NCBI GenBank assembly: GCA_963745835.1
Contig: CAVUZH010000024.1
Location: 64,001-128,000 of the forward strand
Reading direction: 5' to 3'
DNA: 64,000 nucleotides
Source of the DNA: an uncultured delta proteobacterium
GTDB lineage: Bacteria; Desulfobacterota; Binatia; UBA9968
Shown: positions 9,682 to 19,742 of the stretch, piece after piece
Numbering within the stretch: the first letter of the stretch is position 1
Layout: each line of letters starts with the position of its first letter
Made by a program: the position numbers and the translations under genes
The notes under the pieces: model-generated
The model's database searches: none
Told to the model about the DNA's origin: nothing
Seen by the model: only the letters and a program-made list of their open reading frames with translations

Positions 9682-10158
9682 ATGAAAATCTATCACCTAA
9701 AAACCGAACTGTGGCTGCCTCAATCGCGCTCTGAGATTTTTAAGTTTTTCGCCGACCCGAGCAATCTTGAACGGCTCACGCCCGGCTGGCTCCGGTTCGA
9801 GATCATCAGCGAAGCCCCGCCAATAATGCGAGTAGGAGCACGGCTGGACTACCGTTTGCGCATTCACGGCGTGCCGATTAAATGGCGAAGTGAGATTAGC
9901 GTTTGGAATCCGCCGCACCGATTTGTCGACCGGCAGACTAAAGGTCCCTACCAGTTTTGGGAGCATGAACATACTTTTTTTGAGCAGCAGGGCGGCACTT
10001 TAGTTAACGATAACGTCCAATACTCGGTTTTCGGCGGCGCTCTGGTGAATAGATTTTTTGTCGCACCGGATCTGGATCGAATCTTCAAGTACCGTCATAC
10101 GGCTTTGAAAACCATCTTTAATCCGCGGGATGAAAAAAGACTCGGCAACGGTTTGTGA
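9682..10158 (+). CDS. SRPBCC (START/RHO_alpha_C) family ligand-binding protein
   Basis: FFADPSNLERLTP, W.SEI..WNPPHRFVDRQTKGPY..WEHEHTF. Confidence 0.9.
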   Translation: MKIYHLKTELWLPQSRSEIFKFFADPSNLERLTPGWLRFEIISEAPPIMRVGARLDYRLRIHGVPIKWRSEISVWNPPHRFVDRQTKGPYQFWEHEHTFFEQQGGTLVNDNVQYSVFGGALVNRFFVAPDLDRIFKYRHTALKTIFNPRDEKRLGNGL

Positions 10159-10322
10159 TTTCTAATTTAAACGCGCAATGTTCCTCGACAAGCCGATGTG
10201 CGTGGAATTGGGCTGTCGTTCGGGTCGGGAACTGCAATCTGACTCATCTGTTTATCAATGGAACGTCCACCTGAACGAATCGACAGGTTAGCGCATCGAA
10301 TTTCGATCGGGTACAAGTCGAA

Positions 10323-11150
10323 ATGATACCCCTGGGGCAGGACAGCGTTACGAACACGGATCCAAAAGACAGAATGGCAACAGCCCGACGGTGCATTGGC
10401 CGATACTTGGTGTTACTAAGCAGCTTGATGTTTTTGAGCGGCGTTTCCGCGGCACAAGACGATAATCCCCTACCACCCGGCATGTATCGTCTGGAAATGA
10501 TCCTGGCATCGGTGGCACGTTTGCCGTTTTTTGGCATGTCCAAATCCGCATCCAGGTCGATTTCATTAATAGAGGTTAGAAGCGATCGCACCGGGTTACT
10601 GCAGCGTCACGAAGTATGCGACTTCCATGTGCTCCAAGATTCCGCGATGATCAAGATGGTATTTCCCGACAAGTTCGTTGCCGCATTGGCCAAACACTCC
10701 TATCCCATCCAAGTTGAGAAAGACGGTCAAGGATGGCGCTATCGAGCGGATCTAGGAGTTGAACGAATCGGCTACAAGCCGAGTTCGAGCGAACCGAATT
10801 TGCCGACGAAGTTAGATGACCCTTCGGTTTATGATTGGGATGGTGACGGGCATCCGGGCGCGACCCTGAAAATTTCCGTGCCGCTACTGCCCGACGGAGA
10901 GTTGTATGTCGTCCAGCGAGGTCACTCGATTCTCAACGGCCGTATCACTGGGCAAGGAAGAGTCGAGGGTAGCATTGAGGTGCGCAGCTTCGAACACCGG
11001 GTCCTTGGCGCTTGGCCGGGGTTCTTGAATCGCTCTCCGGAAATCGTGCCCGATCCCGCAGCAAGCCGGTTCACGATCATCGCTATCCCACAGGACAGTA
11101 TTTGCGAAACCTTGCGGGGCTCGCCCCGCCAGTCGACGCAGAAAGATTAG
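10323..11150 (+). CDS. Hypothetical exported protein (start possibly 10374)
   Basis: Long ORF in the operon; hydrophobic signal-like segment ending VSA-AQD; DWDGDGHPG motif. Confidence 0.7.
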   Translation: MIPLGQDSVTNTDPKDRMATARRCIGRYLVLLSSLMFLSGVSAAQDDNPLPPGMYRLEMILASVARLPFFGMSKSASRSISLIEVRSDRTGLLQRHEVCDFHVLQDSAMIKMVFPDKFVAALAKHSYPIQVEKDGQGWRYRADLGVERIGYKPSSSEPNLPTKLDDPSVYDWDGDGHPGATLKISVPLLPDGELYVVQRGHSILNGRITGQGRVEGSIEVRSFEHRVLGAWPGFLNRSPEIVPDPAASRFTIIAIPQDSICETLRGSPRQSTQKD

Positions 11151-11161
11151 TAGGAGCTCAA

Positions 11162-12317
11162 TTGTTTTTGTTGCTGGGCTTATTGCAGACGATACTTGCA
11201 GCGCGAGTATTTTTTCGCATGTCGAAAACTTCGCAATGCAGGGTTGTTGAAACATCCGACCAGCCCTCATCGGCGCGCATCACCATACTCCTACCAGTCC
11301 TCAATGAAGCAACGCGCATCGCAAATTGCCTGGAATCCCTCATCGCTCAACCCAATGAAGTGGCCGAGATTTTAGATAATTGATGGCGGATCCACTGATG
11401 CGACCCGAGCCATCGCTGAATTGTATCACCTGCACGATGATCGCGTGCAATGGATCGATGCCAGCCCCGCCGAGTCGCGCTGGACAGGCAAGGCCTGGAA
11501 TCTTAACTTCGGTCTCGCTCGCTCAAATCCGGCGAGCCAATGGATTCTTTGTATCGATGCCGATGTGCGAGTCTCCCCAAAACTATCTCGCTCCTTAATA
11601 AGCCACGCGGCGCGCACTGGAGTATCCACATTTTCGCTAGCCACCCGTCAGCATCTATCCGGGTCATCGGAAGCGTTGATCCACCCTCCTTTATTAACGA
11701 CTTTGGTTTACCGCTTCGGGCAACCCGGCCGCGCTTATCGCAAGGTTCATCAAGTACAAGCCAATGGACAGTGTTTCTTTAGCCCTAGGGAGACTCTACT
11801 CGGCGCAGAAGCTTTTGCCGCCGCTCGCTCATCTCTTTGTGAGGATATTACAATCGCGCGTCGATTGGTCGAACGGGGCGAAGCGGTCGGCTTTTATGAA
11901 ACCTACGGTCTGGCGGAAGTATCCATGTATCGTAATTGGCGTGAAACCTGGAGAAACTGGCCAAGGTCGCTGCCGATGCGCGATCAGTACTTCGCTTGGC
12001 GGCAGGCATTGGGACTGCTCGAAGTGTTTTTTGTCCAAGGCCTGCCACTGCCGATGCTGATTTTCGCTTGGAATATAGGCGCTCCGAGATTATTTTTCGC
12101 TCTAAATGCGCTTCTTTTAGCCCTACGAGCGGGAGTTTTGTTCGGCACCGCCAGAGCCTATGATCAGCGGCCCTGGACTTACTGGTTGTCGCCGCTCTGT
12201 GATTTCGCCGCGGCTGTTCGGCTCATCCAAAGCGCACTGTTACGGAAACACAGCTGGCGCGGCCGTTCCTATGTTCGCAGAAGCGCTGGGATGTTTGAGC
12301 CAAAAGAAACTTGCTAA
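11162..12317 (+). CDS. cruG: Carotenoid glycosyltransferase, GT2 CruG-like; one extra base near 11375 splits it into two ORFs
   Basis: LLPVLNEA..I..CL; removing one base gives EILIIDGGSTD; WTGKAW, IDADV, LVYRFG, ANGQCF, EDITIAR, ETWRNWPRSL; AGGAG before TTG 11162. Confidence 0.78.
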
Positions 12318-13060
12318 TTAGTGCCTACTCCAAACAACAAAGCATGGTGTCACAGGGATCCGTAGTTGAATCCGCAACAGCAAAGTCGATGCGACTGATC
12401 GCCCGTGCTGTCGCGTTCGGCCGCCTGCAGACCATATCTTCAGGCGTCGGGCACATCCCTGCGAATGGACCTGCGCTTATTGTCGTCCGGCATTATCATC
12501 ATCTGTACGATGGTCTGGCGCTGTTTGCTGCCCTGCCGCGCCAATTCCATATTCTTGTTACACTGGACTGGGTTCGAAACGCGGCGCTGCAATCGCTGAT
12601 GACACAGCTAACGCGCCTGGCGCGATGGCCTGTGGTCCTGCGAGCCGACGCCTTGCTACATAAAAATGATCGGGGCGGACATTCTCACAACGGTTTCTCA
12701 CTCGCGGATGTGGAGCGATACCAGCGCAGGGCGTTCAAGAACTCGGTGCAGTTGCTCGTAGAAAATCGCTTGCTCGTGGTTTTTCCTGAGGGGTACCCGA
12801 ACATAGATCCGGCTTATACGCCGAAGATCGACAACCACGGCTTCTTACCGTTCAAGCGAGGATTCGTCGCAATCGCCCGTGCCGCTGAGCGCCGCCTGGG
12901 CGCATCACTGCCGATTATCCCGACAGGTCTACAGTACAGCTCGGGGAAAACTTGGCATGCACATGTGCGGTTTAGCGAGCCGATCAATCGTGAAAGCTAT
13001 GCGTCCGATAATGACTTGATCCGCTACTGTGAAGAGAAAGTAAGGCGGTTGTCGTCTTAG
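12311..13060 (+). CDS. PlsC-like acyltransferase, probable carotenoid-glycoside acyltransferase
   Basis: IPANGPALIVVRHYHHLYDG, VFPEGYP, PFKRGF, PIIPTG; directly follows the glycosyltransferase. Confidence 0.8.
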   Translation: MLISAYSKQQSMVSQGSVVESATAKSMRLIARAVAFGRLQTISSGVGHIPANGPALIVVRHYHHLYDGLALFAALPRQFHILVTLDWVRNAALQSLMTQLTRLARWPVVLRADALLHKNDRGGHSHNGFSLADVERYQRRAFKNSVQLLVENRLLVVFPEGYPNIDPAYTPKIDNHGFLPFKRGFVAIARAAERRLGASLPIIPTGLQYSSGKTWHAHVRFSEPINRESYASDNDLIRYCEEKVRRLSS

Positions 13061-13113
13061 ATTTGCCAAATTCTATAGTAACTCGAGATTGGGGTCTGCA
13101 GCCGTGTTCCAAC

Positions 13114-13377
13114 TCACTGGCCTGACTCGGAGTCCGCCGGGCCGTTGCCAAATGCTTGTAACCGCAAATGGCCCTGCTTGTCCTTTACCAGCAACTCCAC
13201 TTTCTTTTCGACTTCGCTCAACTTTTGATTGCAGTAGCGCACCAGTCCCACACCTTTTTCGAAAGCCGCCAGTGAATCTTCCAGCGAAAGATCTCCCGAC
13301 TCTAACTGCTCGACCACCTGCTCTAAGTCTGCGATGGCCTCTTCGAATTTCAATTCTTGCGGATCTTTCTTTGCCAT
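13114..13377 (-). CDS. xseB: Exodeoxyribonuclease VII small subunit
   Basis: FEEAIADLEQVVEQLESGDLSLEDSLAAFEKGVGL. Confidence 0.95.
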   Translation of the reverse strand: MAKKDPQELKFEEAIADLEQVVEQLESGDLSLEDSLAAFEKGVGLVRYCNQKLSEVEKKVELLVKDKQGHLRLQAFGNGPADSESGQ

Positions 13378-13392
13378 ACCTGCTCCGTCTGA

Positions 13393-14292
13393 TTAGTTGC
13401 CGATAGCGCTTTCTGGTTGTTGAGATTGGCCGAATGAAATTTTCTGGATCAATTCCATCGGGTCAACCCGAGCAGTACCCAAGCGCGCAGCCCAATGTAA
13501 GTGCGGCCCGGTCACGCGTCCGCTCATACCCGACAAAGCAAGCACATCGCCACGACGCACCATCGCGCCCGCATCAACTTTGAGCTCGGACAGATGGAAA
13601 TACATCGTGTACAATCCGCCGCCATGATCGAGAACGACGCTTTTACCGGCGAAAAAATAGTCTCCCGTCAATACGACTCGGCCGTGATTGGCCGCCAGCA
13701 CCTCGGTACCGATGGGGGCGCGCAGATCCGCGCCGGTATGAGGCGCTCGCGGCTTTCCGTTGATGACGCGACGATAGCCAAAGGAAGAAGAGGATTCCTG
13801 CGGGACTGGCCGGATGAAAGGAGCTTCCCAGAAACGTTCGGCCGCCGGCGTCGAGAATGCCAGCGCAAAATCTGCCCGTTCGATACGAATTAGCTCGAGC
13901 GCCTCCGGACTTAACTGATCGAATGATGAAGCCACAGTAAACGACTCCTGACGAAAGGCTTTCGATAGCGTCTGTACGATCGTTTCCGCGCGCCGCTGCC
14001 TGCCGGCATCGTTCGTGGCGGTGATGGTGATTTTAGACATTCCCGGTTTAGCTTCCAGATCGACACCTATGATTGCTGCAAACAATCCTGGCGCAAGCGC
14101 ATAGAACGGGAGATTCTGTTCGGCCCATCGTGCTTCAACCGAGGATAAGCCTTCGCCGTAGATTTTTAGCTCGACGATTTCACCTCGCGGGATTTGGAGG
14201 CGCGCCGGCCACCTCAGAGGAAAAGACTCTGTCGCATGGACAGCCGAACCTGAGAAACAGAGTAGGAGAACGACTGCGCCCACAGTGATCAT
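13393..14292 (-). CDS. M23 family metallopeptidase (start at ATG 14292)
   Basis: HTGADL, DHGGGLYTMYFHLS, SGRVTGPHLHW; N-terminal signal peptide. Confidence 0.92.
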   Translation of the reverse strand: MITVGAVVLLLCFSGSAVHATESFPLRWPARLQIPRGEIVELKIYGEGLSSVEARWAEQNLPFYALAPGLFAAIIGVDLEAKPGMSKITITATNDAGRQRRAETIVQTLSKAFRQESFTVASSFDQLSPEALELIRIERADFALAFSTPAAERFWEAPFIRPVPQESSSSFGYRRVINGKPRAPHTGADLRAPIGTEVLAANHGRVVLTGDYFFAGKSVVLDHGGGLYTMYFHLSELKVDAGAMVRRGDVLALSGMSGRVTGPHLHWAARLGTARVDPMELIQKISFGQSQQPESAIGN

Positions 14293-14293
14293 G

Positions 14294-15532
14294 TCACTCT
14301 TTGCCTTCGACACGACAAGTCGCTTTGCCCTGCGCCAGGGTAATCCGCACAAGATCACCGAGGACTAGGCCCTCGGCCGTCTTGACGATAGCGCCATCCG
14401 AAACTTTGTGCGTGATACTGTAGCCACGATCGAGAACAGCCAGTGGACTCAAGGCAGTCAAGCGGCTACTCTCGTGGCCCAAACGTTCTTTAAAGTGGTT
14501 CAGCCGATCTGAAAAACGGCGCTGCAGATCCACAGAAAGATCATCCAGATGTTGTTGCTTTTCGCGCAACTTGCGCCCGGGATCCGATAATCTTTTGACC
14601 AGCCCGCGGCAGATTTCCTGGGCGCCGTCTATTTTAGTTTGCATACAGCGAAGCAACTGATTCTCGATCAGTTGCAATTCCGCCAGCAGATCTTTTTTGC
14701 AAGGCACAACCATTTCCGCGGCGGCGGTCGGCGTCGGCGCGCGTTGGTCGGCGACAAAATCCGCGATGGTAAAATCAACTTCGTGACCGACGGCGGAAAT
14801 CACCGGCACCGAACAGGCAAAAATCGCCCGCGCGACGACTTCTTCGTTGAAAGCCCAAAGATCTTCCAACGAGCCGCCACCCCGCCCGACAATCATGACT
14901 TCCACACCGGTCGTACATAGATCCGCAATGGCTGCGGCGATCTCTTTTGCAGATCCGAGACCTTGAACTTTAACGGGCCGGACCACCACACGCCGATCAG
15001 GGTAACGATCCCGGATGATTCTCAGCATGTCGTGTAACGCCGCGCCAGTGTCGGAGGTCACGATTCCAATCGTCTCAGGTAAGAACGGCAAGGGCCGTTT
15101 TCGTTCGGCGGCAAACAAGCCTTCCTGAGCCAGCCTTTTTTTGAGCTGCTCGAACGCCAGGTAGAGCGCGCCTTGACCTCGGGGCTCCAGTGATTCGACA
15201 TAGATCTGCAAATCGCCGCGCGCTGTGTAAAGACTGACCCGGGCAAAACATAAAACCTGCATGCCATTCTCCGGCACGAATGCTAAGTTCTGCCCCTGTC
15301 GTCGAAACAGCACCGCTGAAATCTGGCTCTTGTCGTCCTTGAGCGTGAAGTAACAATGGCCGGAGGGAGGGATCCGAAAGTTAGAAATCTCGCCAAGCAC
15401 CCAAACCGCATCCATGCGTGTTTCCAACGTCACCCGAACGAGCTGATTCAGCTGACTGACGGTGAGATACTTAGGAGTTTGGGTAAATAGCGGTAAACCC
15501 GCTTCTTTCCTAATCACGATCTGGTTCCACAA
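14294..15532 (-). CDS. xseA: Exodeoxyribonuclease VII large subunit (start uncertain)
   Basis: GEISNF..SGHCYFTLKD, GRGGGSLEDLWAFNEE, SAVGHEVDFTIADFVAD.RAPTPTAAA. Confidence 0.96.
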   Translation of the reverse strand: MWNQIVIRKEAGLPLFTQTPKYLTVSQLNQLVRVTLETRMDAVWVLGEISNFRIPPSGHCYFTLKDDKSQISAVLFRRQGQNLAFVPENGMQVLCFARVSLYTARGDLQIYVESLEPRGQGALYLAFEQLKKRLAQEGLFAAERKRPLPFLPETIGIVTSDTGAALHDMLRIIRDRYPDRRVVVRPVKVQGLGSAKEIAAAIADLCTTGVEVMIVGRGGGSLEDLWAFNEEVVARAIFACSVPVISAVGHEVDFTIADFVADQRAPTPTAAAEMVVPCKKDLLAELQLIENQLLRCMQTKIDGAQEICRGLVKRLSDPGRKLREKQQHLDDLSVDLQRRFSDRLNHFKERLGHESSRLTALSPLAVLDRGYSITHKVSDGAIVKTAEGLVLGDLVRITLAQGKATCRVEGKE

Positions 15533-15562
15533 AAAAATTAGCCCTCCGTGGGAGGGCTAATT
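15531..15562 (-). terminator. Rho-independent terminator after ctpA
   Basis: AATTAGCCCTCC-loop-GGAGGGCTAATT followed by a T run on the minus strand. Confidence 0.8.
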
Positions 15563-15586
15563 CACAGTCACAGTAACCAACAAAGA

Positions 15587-16945
15587 TTATGCGGCCTTCT
15601 TCTGCACGACTTGCTTGAAGACATCCCAGCTCTTTAATAGATCCAGAGCACGCTTTAATTGAGCGTCATTGTCAATCGTTTCATCTCCAGTCGGAGCCGA
15701 AGATGGAATCTGCTTTTCCCGCTCTCTGTCCAGTTGCTCTTGTGACGACGGATTCTGCTGCTGGTTTTGCAGATGGCCGGGCAAATTTTCCTCGCGCAGG
15801 CTCTGCCTCTTGCGATCGTCGGGCTTGCCGTCCTGCTGTGGTGTGCTCTCAACGATGATATCGGGAACGATTCCGGTGGCCTGAATAGATCGTCCCTTGG
15901 GTGTAAAATAACGCGCAGTCGTAAGACGTAGCGCCGAGTTATCGTCCAAGGGAAGAATGGTCTGGACCGACCCCTTGCCAAAGGTTGTGGTGCCCAATAC
16001 GACGGCTCGCTTGTGATCCTGCAAAGCGCCGGCAACTATTTCGGAGGCGCTGGCGCTGCCGCCGTTTACCAGCACGACCAACGGGAAATCCATCGAGGAG
16101 GCATCTTTCTGGGCAAAAAACTTCTGCTTTTGAGATTCGATTCGTCCGTCGGTATAAACGATCAAGCCCGCATCCAAAAAGATGTCGGAAATCCTGACCG
16201 CTTGCGTCAGTAAACCGCCGGGATTGTTGCGCAGATCTAGAACGAGCCCTTTCAAACCGCCTTTTTCCGCCGCCATTTTCTCCAGCGCCCTCTGTAAATC
16301 ACGGTCACTGCGCTCCTGGAACTGCGCCAAACGAATATAGCCATACCCCGGCTCCAAGGTTCGATTGCGAACGCTTTGAACCCGAATGGTATCGCGGGTC
16401 AAGCTTAGATTGATCAGTTCCGGATTCCCTTCTCGTTTGATCGAAAGATTGATTTTGCTGCCTTTCGGGCCGCGCATTCTTTTGACGGCATCGACCAGTG
16501 TCATGTCCTTGGTAAAATCATCTTCAATTTTGAAGATCATATCGCCCGGCTTGACCCCGGCTTTAAACGCCGGCGTATCTTCAATCGGTGAAACCACCGT
16601 CAGCACACCGTTTTTAACAGTGATCTCGATTCCAAGGCCGCCGAATCTCCCCTGGGTATCCATTTGTAGTTCTTTATAGAGGTCGGGGGTCAGGTAAGCG
16701 CTATGAGGATCGAGTGAAGTTAGCATCCCATTGATCGCGCCGTTGACGAGATTTTTGGTTTCTACATCCTCGACATAATTCTTCTTGACGATGGAAAGTA
16801 TGTTGGTAAAGGTTTCTAAGGTTTCATAGTCCTGCCGGGGCACCGCCGAAACATTCGGAACCCACTGTCCGGCTAGAACGAATCCCAGGGCAATTCCAAC
16901 AAGTAGAATTGAAAGACTCACACCATGCTTAGTCATCGAACGCAT
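15587..16945 (-). CDS. ctpA: S41 carboxy-terminal processing protease
   Basis: LDPHS, PDZ GGLGIEI, DLRNNPGGLL, SASASEIVAGALQD, TFGKGSVQ. Confidence 0.95.
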   Translation of the reverse strand: MRSMTKHGVSLSILLVGIALGFVLAGQWVPNVSAVPRQDYETLETFTNILSIVKKNYVEDVETKNLVNGAINGMLTSLDPHSAYLTPDLYKELQMDTQGRFGGLGIEITVKNGVLTVVSPIEDTPAFKAGVKPGDMIFKIEDDFTKDMTLVDAVKRMRGPKGSKINLSIKREGNPELINLSLTRDTIRVQSVRNRTLEPGYGYIRLAQFQERSDRDLQRALEKMAAEKGGLKGLVLDLRNNPGGLLTQAVRISDIFLDAGLIVYTDGRIESQKQKFFAQKDASSMDFPLVVLVNGGSASASEIVAGALQDHKRAVVLGTTTFGKGSVQTILPLDDNSALRLTTARYFTPKGRSIQATGIVPDIIVESTPQQDGKPDDRKRQSLREENLPGHLQNQQQNPSSQEQLDREREKQIPSSAPTGDETIDNDAQLKRALDLLKSWDVFKQVVQKKAA

Positions 16946-17017
16946 AGGATCTCACCTCGCCAGTTCTGGCCACGTTTGTAGTAAAACAATACTATATCAA
17001 CGGTTTGGAAATAGCTA

Positions 17018-18166
17018 TTATCTTCGAAACCAGGGCGCCGGATCGATCGATTTGCCGTCCTTGCGCATCTCGAAATAAAGCTTTGATCCCGCCAGTGAAT
17101 CGCTATCCCCGACTAGGGCAACGGCTTCTCCCCGTCGTACGAAATCTCCGTTTTTCCTGAGAAAATCCGATAAATGAGCATAAACTGTGTAATAGCGGTC
17201 GCCGTGATCGATTATCAACATTTTACCATATCCGGAGAATCGGTCGGCGAAGACAACTTTCCCCTTCTCAACAGCCCGAATCTCCTCCCCGACGGGAGCT
17301 TCGATCTCCAAACCCTTACGGAAGACCTCGGTCGAAAACTCATGGTGTTTGGTCTTACCAAAGCCGCCGATCACTTGGCCTTTAACTGGCCAATCGAGCT
17401 TCCCACGCATGCTTTCTAAACCGCCATCGGCCGAAGCTTCCTTAGATTTGGCCGCTGAGCGCCTGGAAAGTTCCTCGATCATTCTCTGCAAGCGTACGGC
17501 AGCCTGCTCTAAATCTTTCAATGCGCGCTGGCGCGATTCTTTTTCCTCTCTGATGCTGGCGAGCAACTCGCGTTTTTTTTGCGCCTCTTTTTGGACCGCT
17601 TCCTTGACCTGGGCCAAGTCACGTCTCTGATCGTCAACGTCTTGCCTTTTGCGGGCCAGTTCTTGCGCAAGCATTTCCTGATGCGCCGCCTGCTCGTTCA
17701 ACGATTGCACCATCGCTCGGTCAAAGGCCACGGTGCGTTGCAAGTAATGTTTTCGCTTGATTAATGAGTTTAAGGATAGATCGCCATTGAAAATCATCAT
17801 TGGACTGCCGCTGCGCTGCCAACGATAAAGCGCTTCAGCGCGTCGCGCCAAATAGCTTTTGCGCTGCTCCAGCGACTCACGCATTCGCAGCGCCTCCGCT
17901 TCTTTCTTCTGCATTTCCGAGACGACTACTTCTAGTTTGGCGGTCGACTGTTTGAGTAGTTTGTTTTTTCGTTCAAGTTCGCTCTCCACCTGACTCAGGG
18001 ATTGAATTACCGAACCTTCCTTTTTGTTCACCTGAGAAAGGACACGTTTTTCCGATTCAATTTTTTTCTTGATGCCTTCCAGATCTCGATTGACACTCGC
18101 CGAATGAGCGAGCGCCCCTAGCAAACCGGCAAGAAGGCAGACAGCTACAACCGCTAGCCGCGCCAC
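17018..18166 (-). CDS. envC: Murein hydrolase activator EnvC (coiled coil + degenerate M23)
   Basis: Long coiled coil; M23 domain lacking Zn ligands (RKGLEI, KLYFEMR); follows ftsX. Confidence 0.88.
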   Translation of the reverse strand: MARLAVVAVCLLAGLLGALAHSASVNRDLEGIKKKIESEKRVLSQVNKKEGSVIQSLSQVESELERKNKLLKQSTAKLEVVVSEMQKKEAEALRMRESLEQRKSYLARRAEALYRWQRSGSPMMIFNGDLSLNSLIKRKHYLQRTVAFDRAMVQSLNEQAAHQEMLAQELARKRQDVDDQRRDLAQVKEAVQKEAQKKRELLASIREEKESRQRALKDLEQAAVRLQRMIEELSRRSAAKSKEASADGGLESMRGKLDWPVKGQVIGGFGKTKHHEFSTEVFRKGLEIEAPVGEEIRAVEKGKVVFADRFSGYGKMLIIDHGDRYYTVYAHLSDFLRKNGDFVRRGEAVALVGDSDSLAGSKLYFEMRKDGKSIDPAPWFRR

Positions 18167-19062
18167 TTTCTAAGGAACCTCCTAAGAGAAAAGAGACTGC
18201 CAAGGCCGCCGAGCAGCAAGCCGATCGCAACGATCATCGTGATGCTGGCGGGATCAAGAAAACGCAATTGCATCTTGGGCCCGAACAGAGCCAATTGGCC
18301 GACCAGATATTGCTGCAACAACACATAACATAGCCATAGACAGAATAAAGAAACGCCCGCGCCAACTGTGCCTTGAAGCATGCCTTCAACCACAAAGGGT
18401 GCGCGAATCAGTTCTTCCGAAGCACCAACGAACTGCATAATTTCGATCTCGTCTTTACGCGCCAACAATGCCAACCGAACGGTACTGCCGACAATGAAAA
18501 AGGTCGCGATGAAAAGAATACCGCCTAGCGCCCACTTGGCCCACTGGACCGCTAACACGAACAGGTTGAGTCGGTCAACCCACTGTTGCGGATACTCCAC
18601 AGCCGCAATGCCGTTGATCTTGCCGAGGCGACCCGCGAGATCCTGAACTCGCGGCGGGTCCCGAAAAACGGGCTTAACGGTGATTTCAAACGACGCCGGC
18701 AAAACATCGCTGGGCAGACCCTCTAAAACAGCGGACTGGGCGCCTAAAGCGGTTTGGAAATCGTTCCAGGCTTGCTCTTTGGAGATATGCCGCAAACCCT
18801 CGACTTCCGGCATTGCCCGAATCCGGTCCATCATCGCTTCCACTTGCTCAGTACCGACATCGTTAGCGAGATAGGTGTTTATTTGAATCTGATCTCCCCA
18901 GCCGTTTAGCATATGCTGAAGATTCTCTTGAAGGAGGATAAAAACACCGAAAACGAATAACGAGGTCGCCATAGTTCCCGAAGTAAGGACGTGACTCCAC
19001 AGCAGCTCCCATAAGCTTTGGCGCACACGACGAGCGACAAACGCGATATGCGACCAGCTCAA
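18154..19062 (-). CDS. ftsX: Cell division permease FtsX
   Basis: LPASFEI, RKDEIEIMQFVGA..IRAPFVVEG. Confidence 0.93.
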   Translation of the reverse strand: MSWSHIAFVARRVRQSLWELLWSHVLTSGTMATSLFVFGVFILLQENLQHMLNGWGDQIQINTYLANDVGTEQVEAMMDRIRAMPEVEGLRHISKEQAWNDFQTALGAQSAVLEGLPSDVLPASFEITVKPVFRDPPRVQDLAGRLGKINGIAAVEYPQQWVDRLNLFVLAVQWAKWALGGILFIATFFIVGSTVRLALLARKDEIEIMQFVGASEELIRAPFVVEGMLQGTVGAGVSLFCLWLCYVLLQQYLVGQLALFGPKMQLRFLDPASITMIVAIGLLLGGLGSLFSLRRFLRKWRG

Positions 19063-19742
19063 GACGCGTGCGCCTCCGTCACTCTTTCGAGATCATCAAC
19101 GAGGCGACCCTGACGCAGTGAAAGAATTCGGCTGCCATACCGCTTGATCAGATCCAGATTGTGACTGGCAACGATGAGAGTAGTTCCAGCTTCGCGCAAT
19201 TTGAGAAATATTCGCATGATTTCTTCGGCAAGGCCCGGATCGAGGTTTCCAGTCGGCTCGTCAGCCAAGATCAATCTGGGTTCATTGATCAAAGCTCGTG
19301 CAATCGCGACGCGTTGCTGCTCCCCGGCTGAGAGCATCAGCGGTTTGGCTTGTGGTTTTTCTAGTCCGAGTTCCCTCAGTATGCGAACAGCTTTGATCTG
19401 AGCCTCGCGGCGCGACACGCCTACCACTTGCGCCGCTAATGCGACATTTTCCATTACGGTGAGCCGCGGTAACAATCTGAATTCTTGAAAGACAAGCCCA
19501 ATGCGCCTCCGTAGGCGAGCGACTCCGCGGCTGCGCAAACGCGTGACGTTCTGATGATCAATTAGAATCTGTCCTTCACTGGGTTCTTCCTCCCGGAACA
19601 GCAGCTTAAGCAGCGTGGTTTTCCCCGCGCCGCTAGGTCCGGTGAGAAAAACGAACTGACCATCCTCGATACTCAGCGTAATGTCGGTCAGAGCCGGTGA
19701 ACTCGGAGGATAAGTTTTGGTAACATGAAGCAGTTGGATCAT
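19059..19742 (-). CDS. ftsE: Cell division ATP-binding protein FtsE
   Basis: [33 protein letters not shown]; upstream of ftsX. Confidence 0.93.
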   Translation of the reverse strand: MIQLLHVTKTYPPSSPALTDITLSIEDGQFVFLTGPSGAGKTTLLKLLFREEEPSEGQILIDHQNVTRLRSRGVARLRRRIGLVFQEFRLLPRLTVMENVALAAQVVGVSRREAQIKAVRILRELGLEKPQAKPLMLSAGEQQRVAIARALINEPRLILADEPTGNLDPGLAEEIMRIFLKLREAGTTLIVASHNLDLIKRYGSRILSLRQGRLVDDLERVTEAHAS

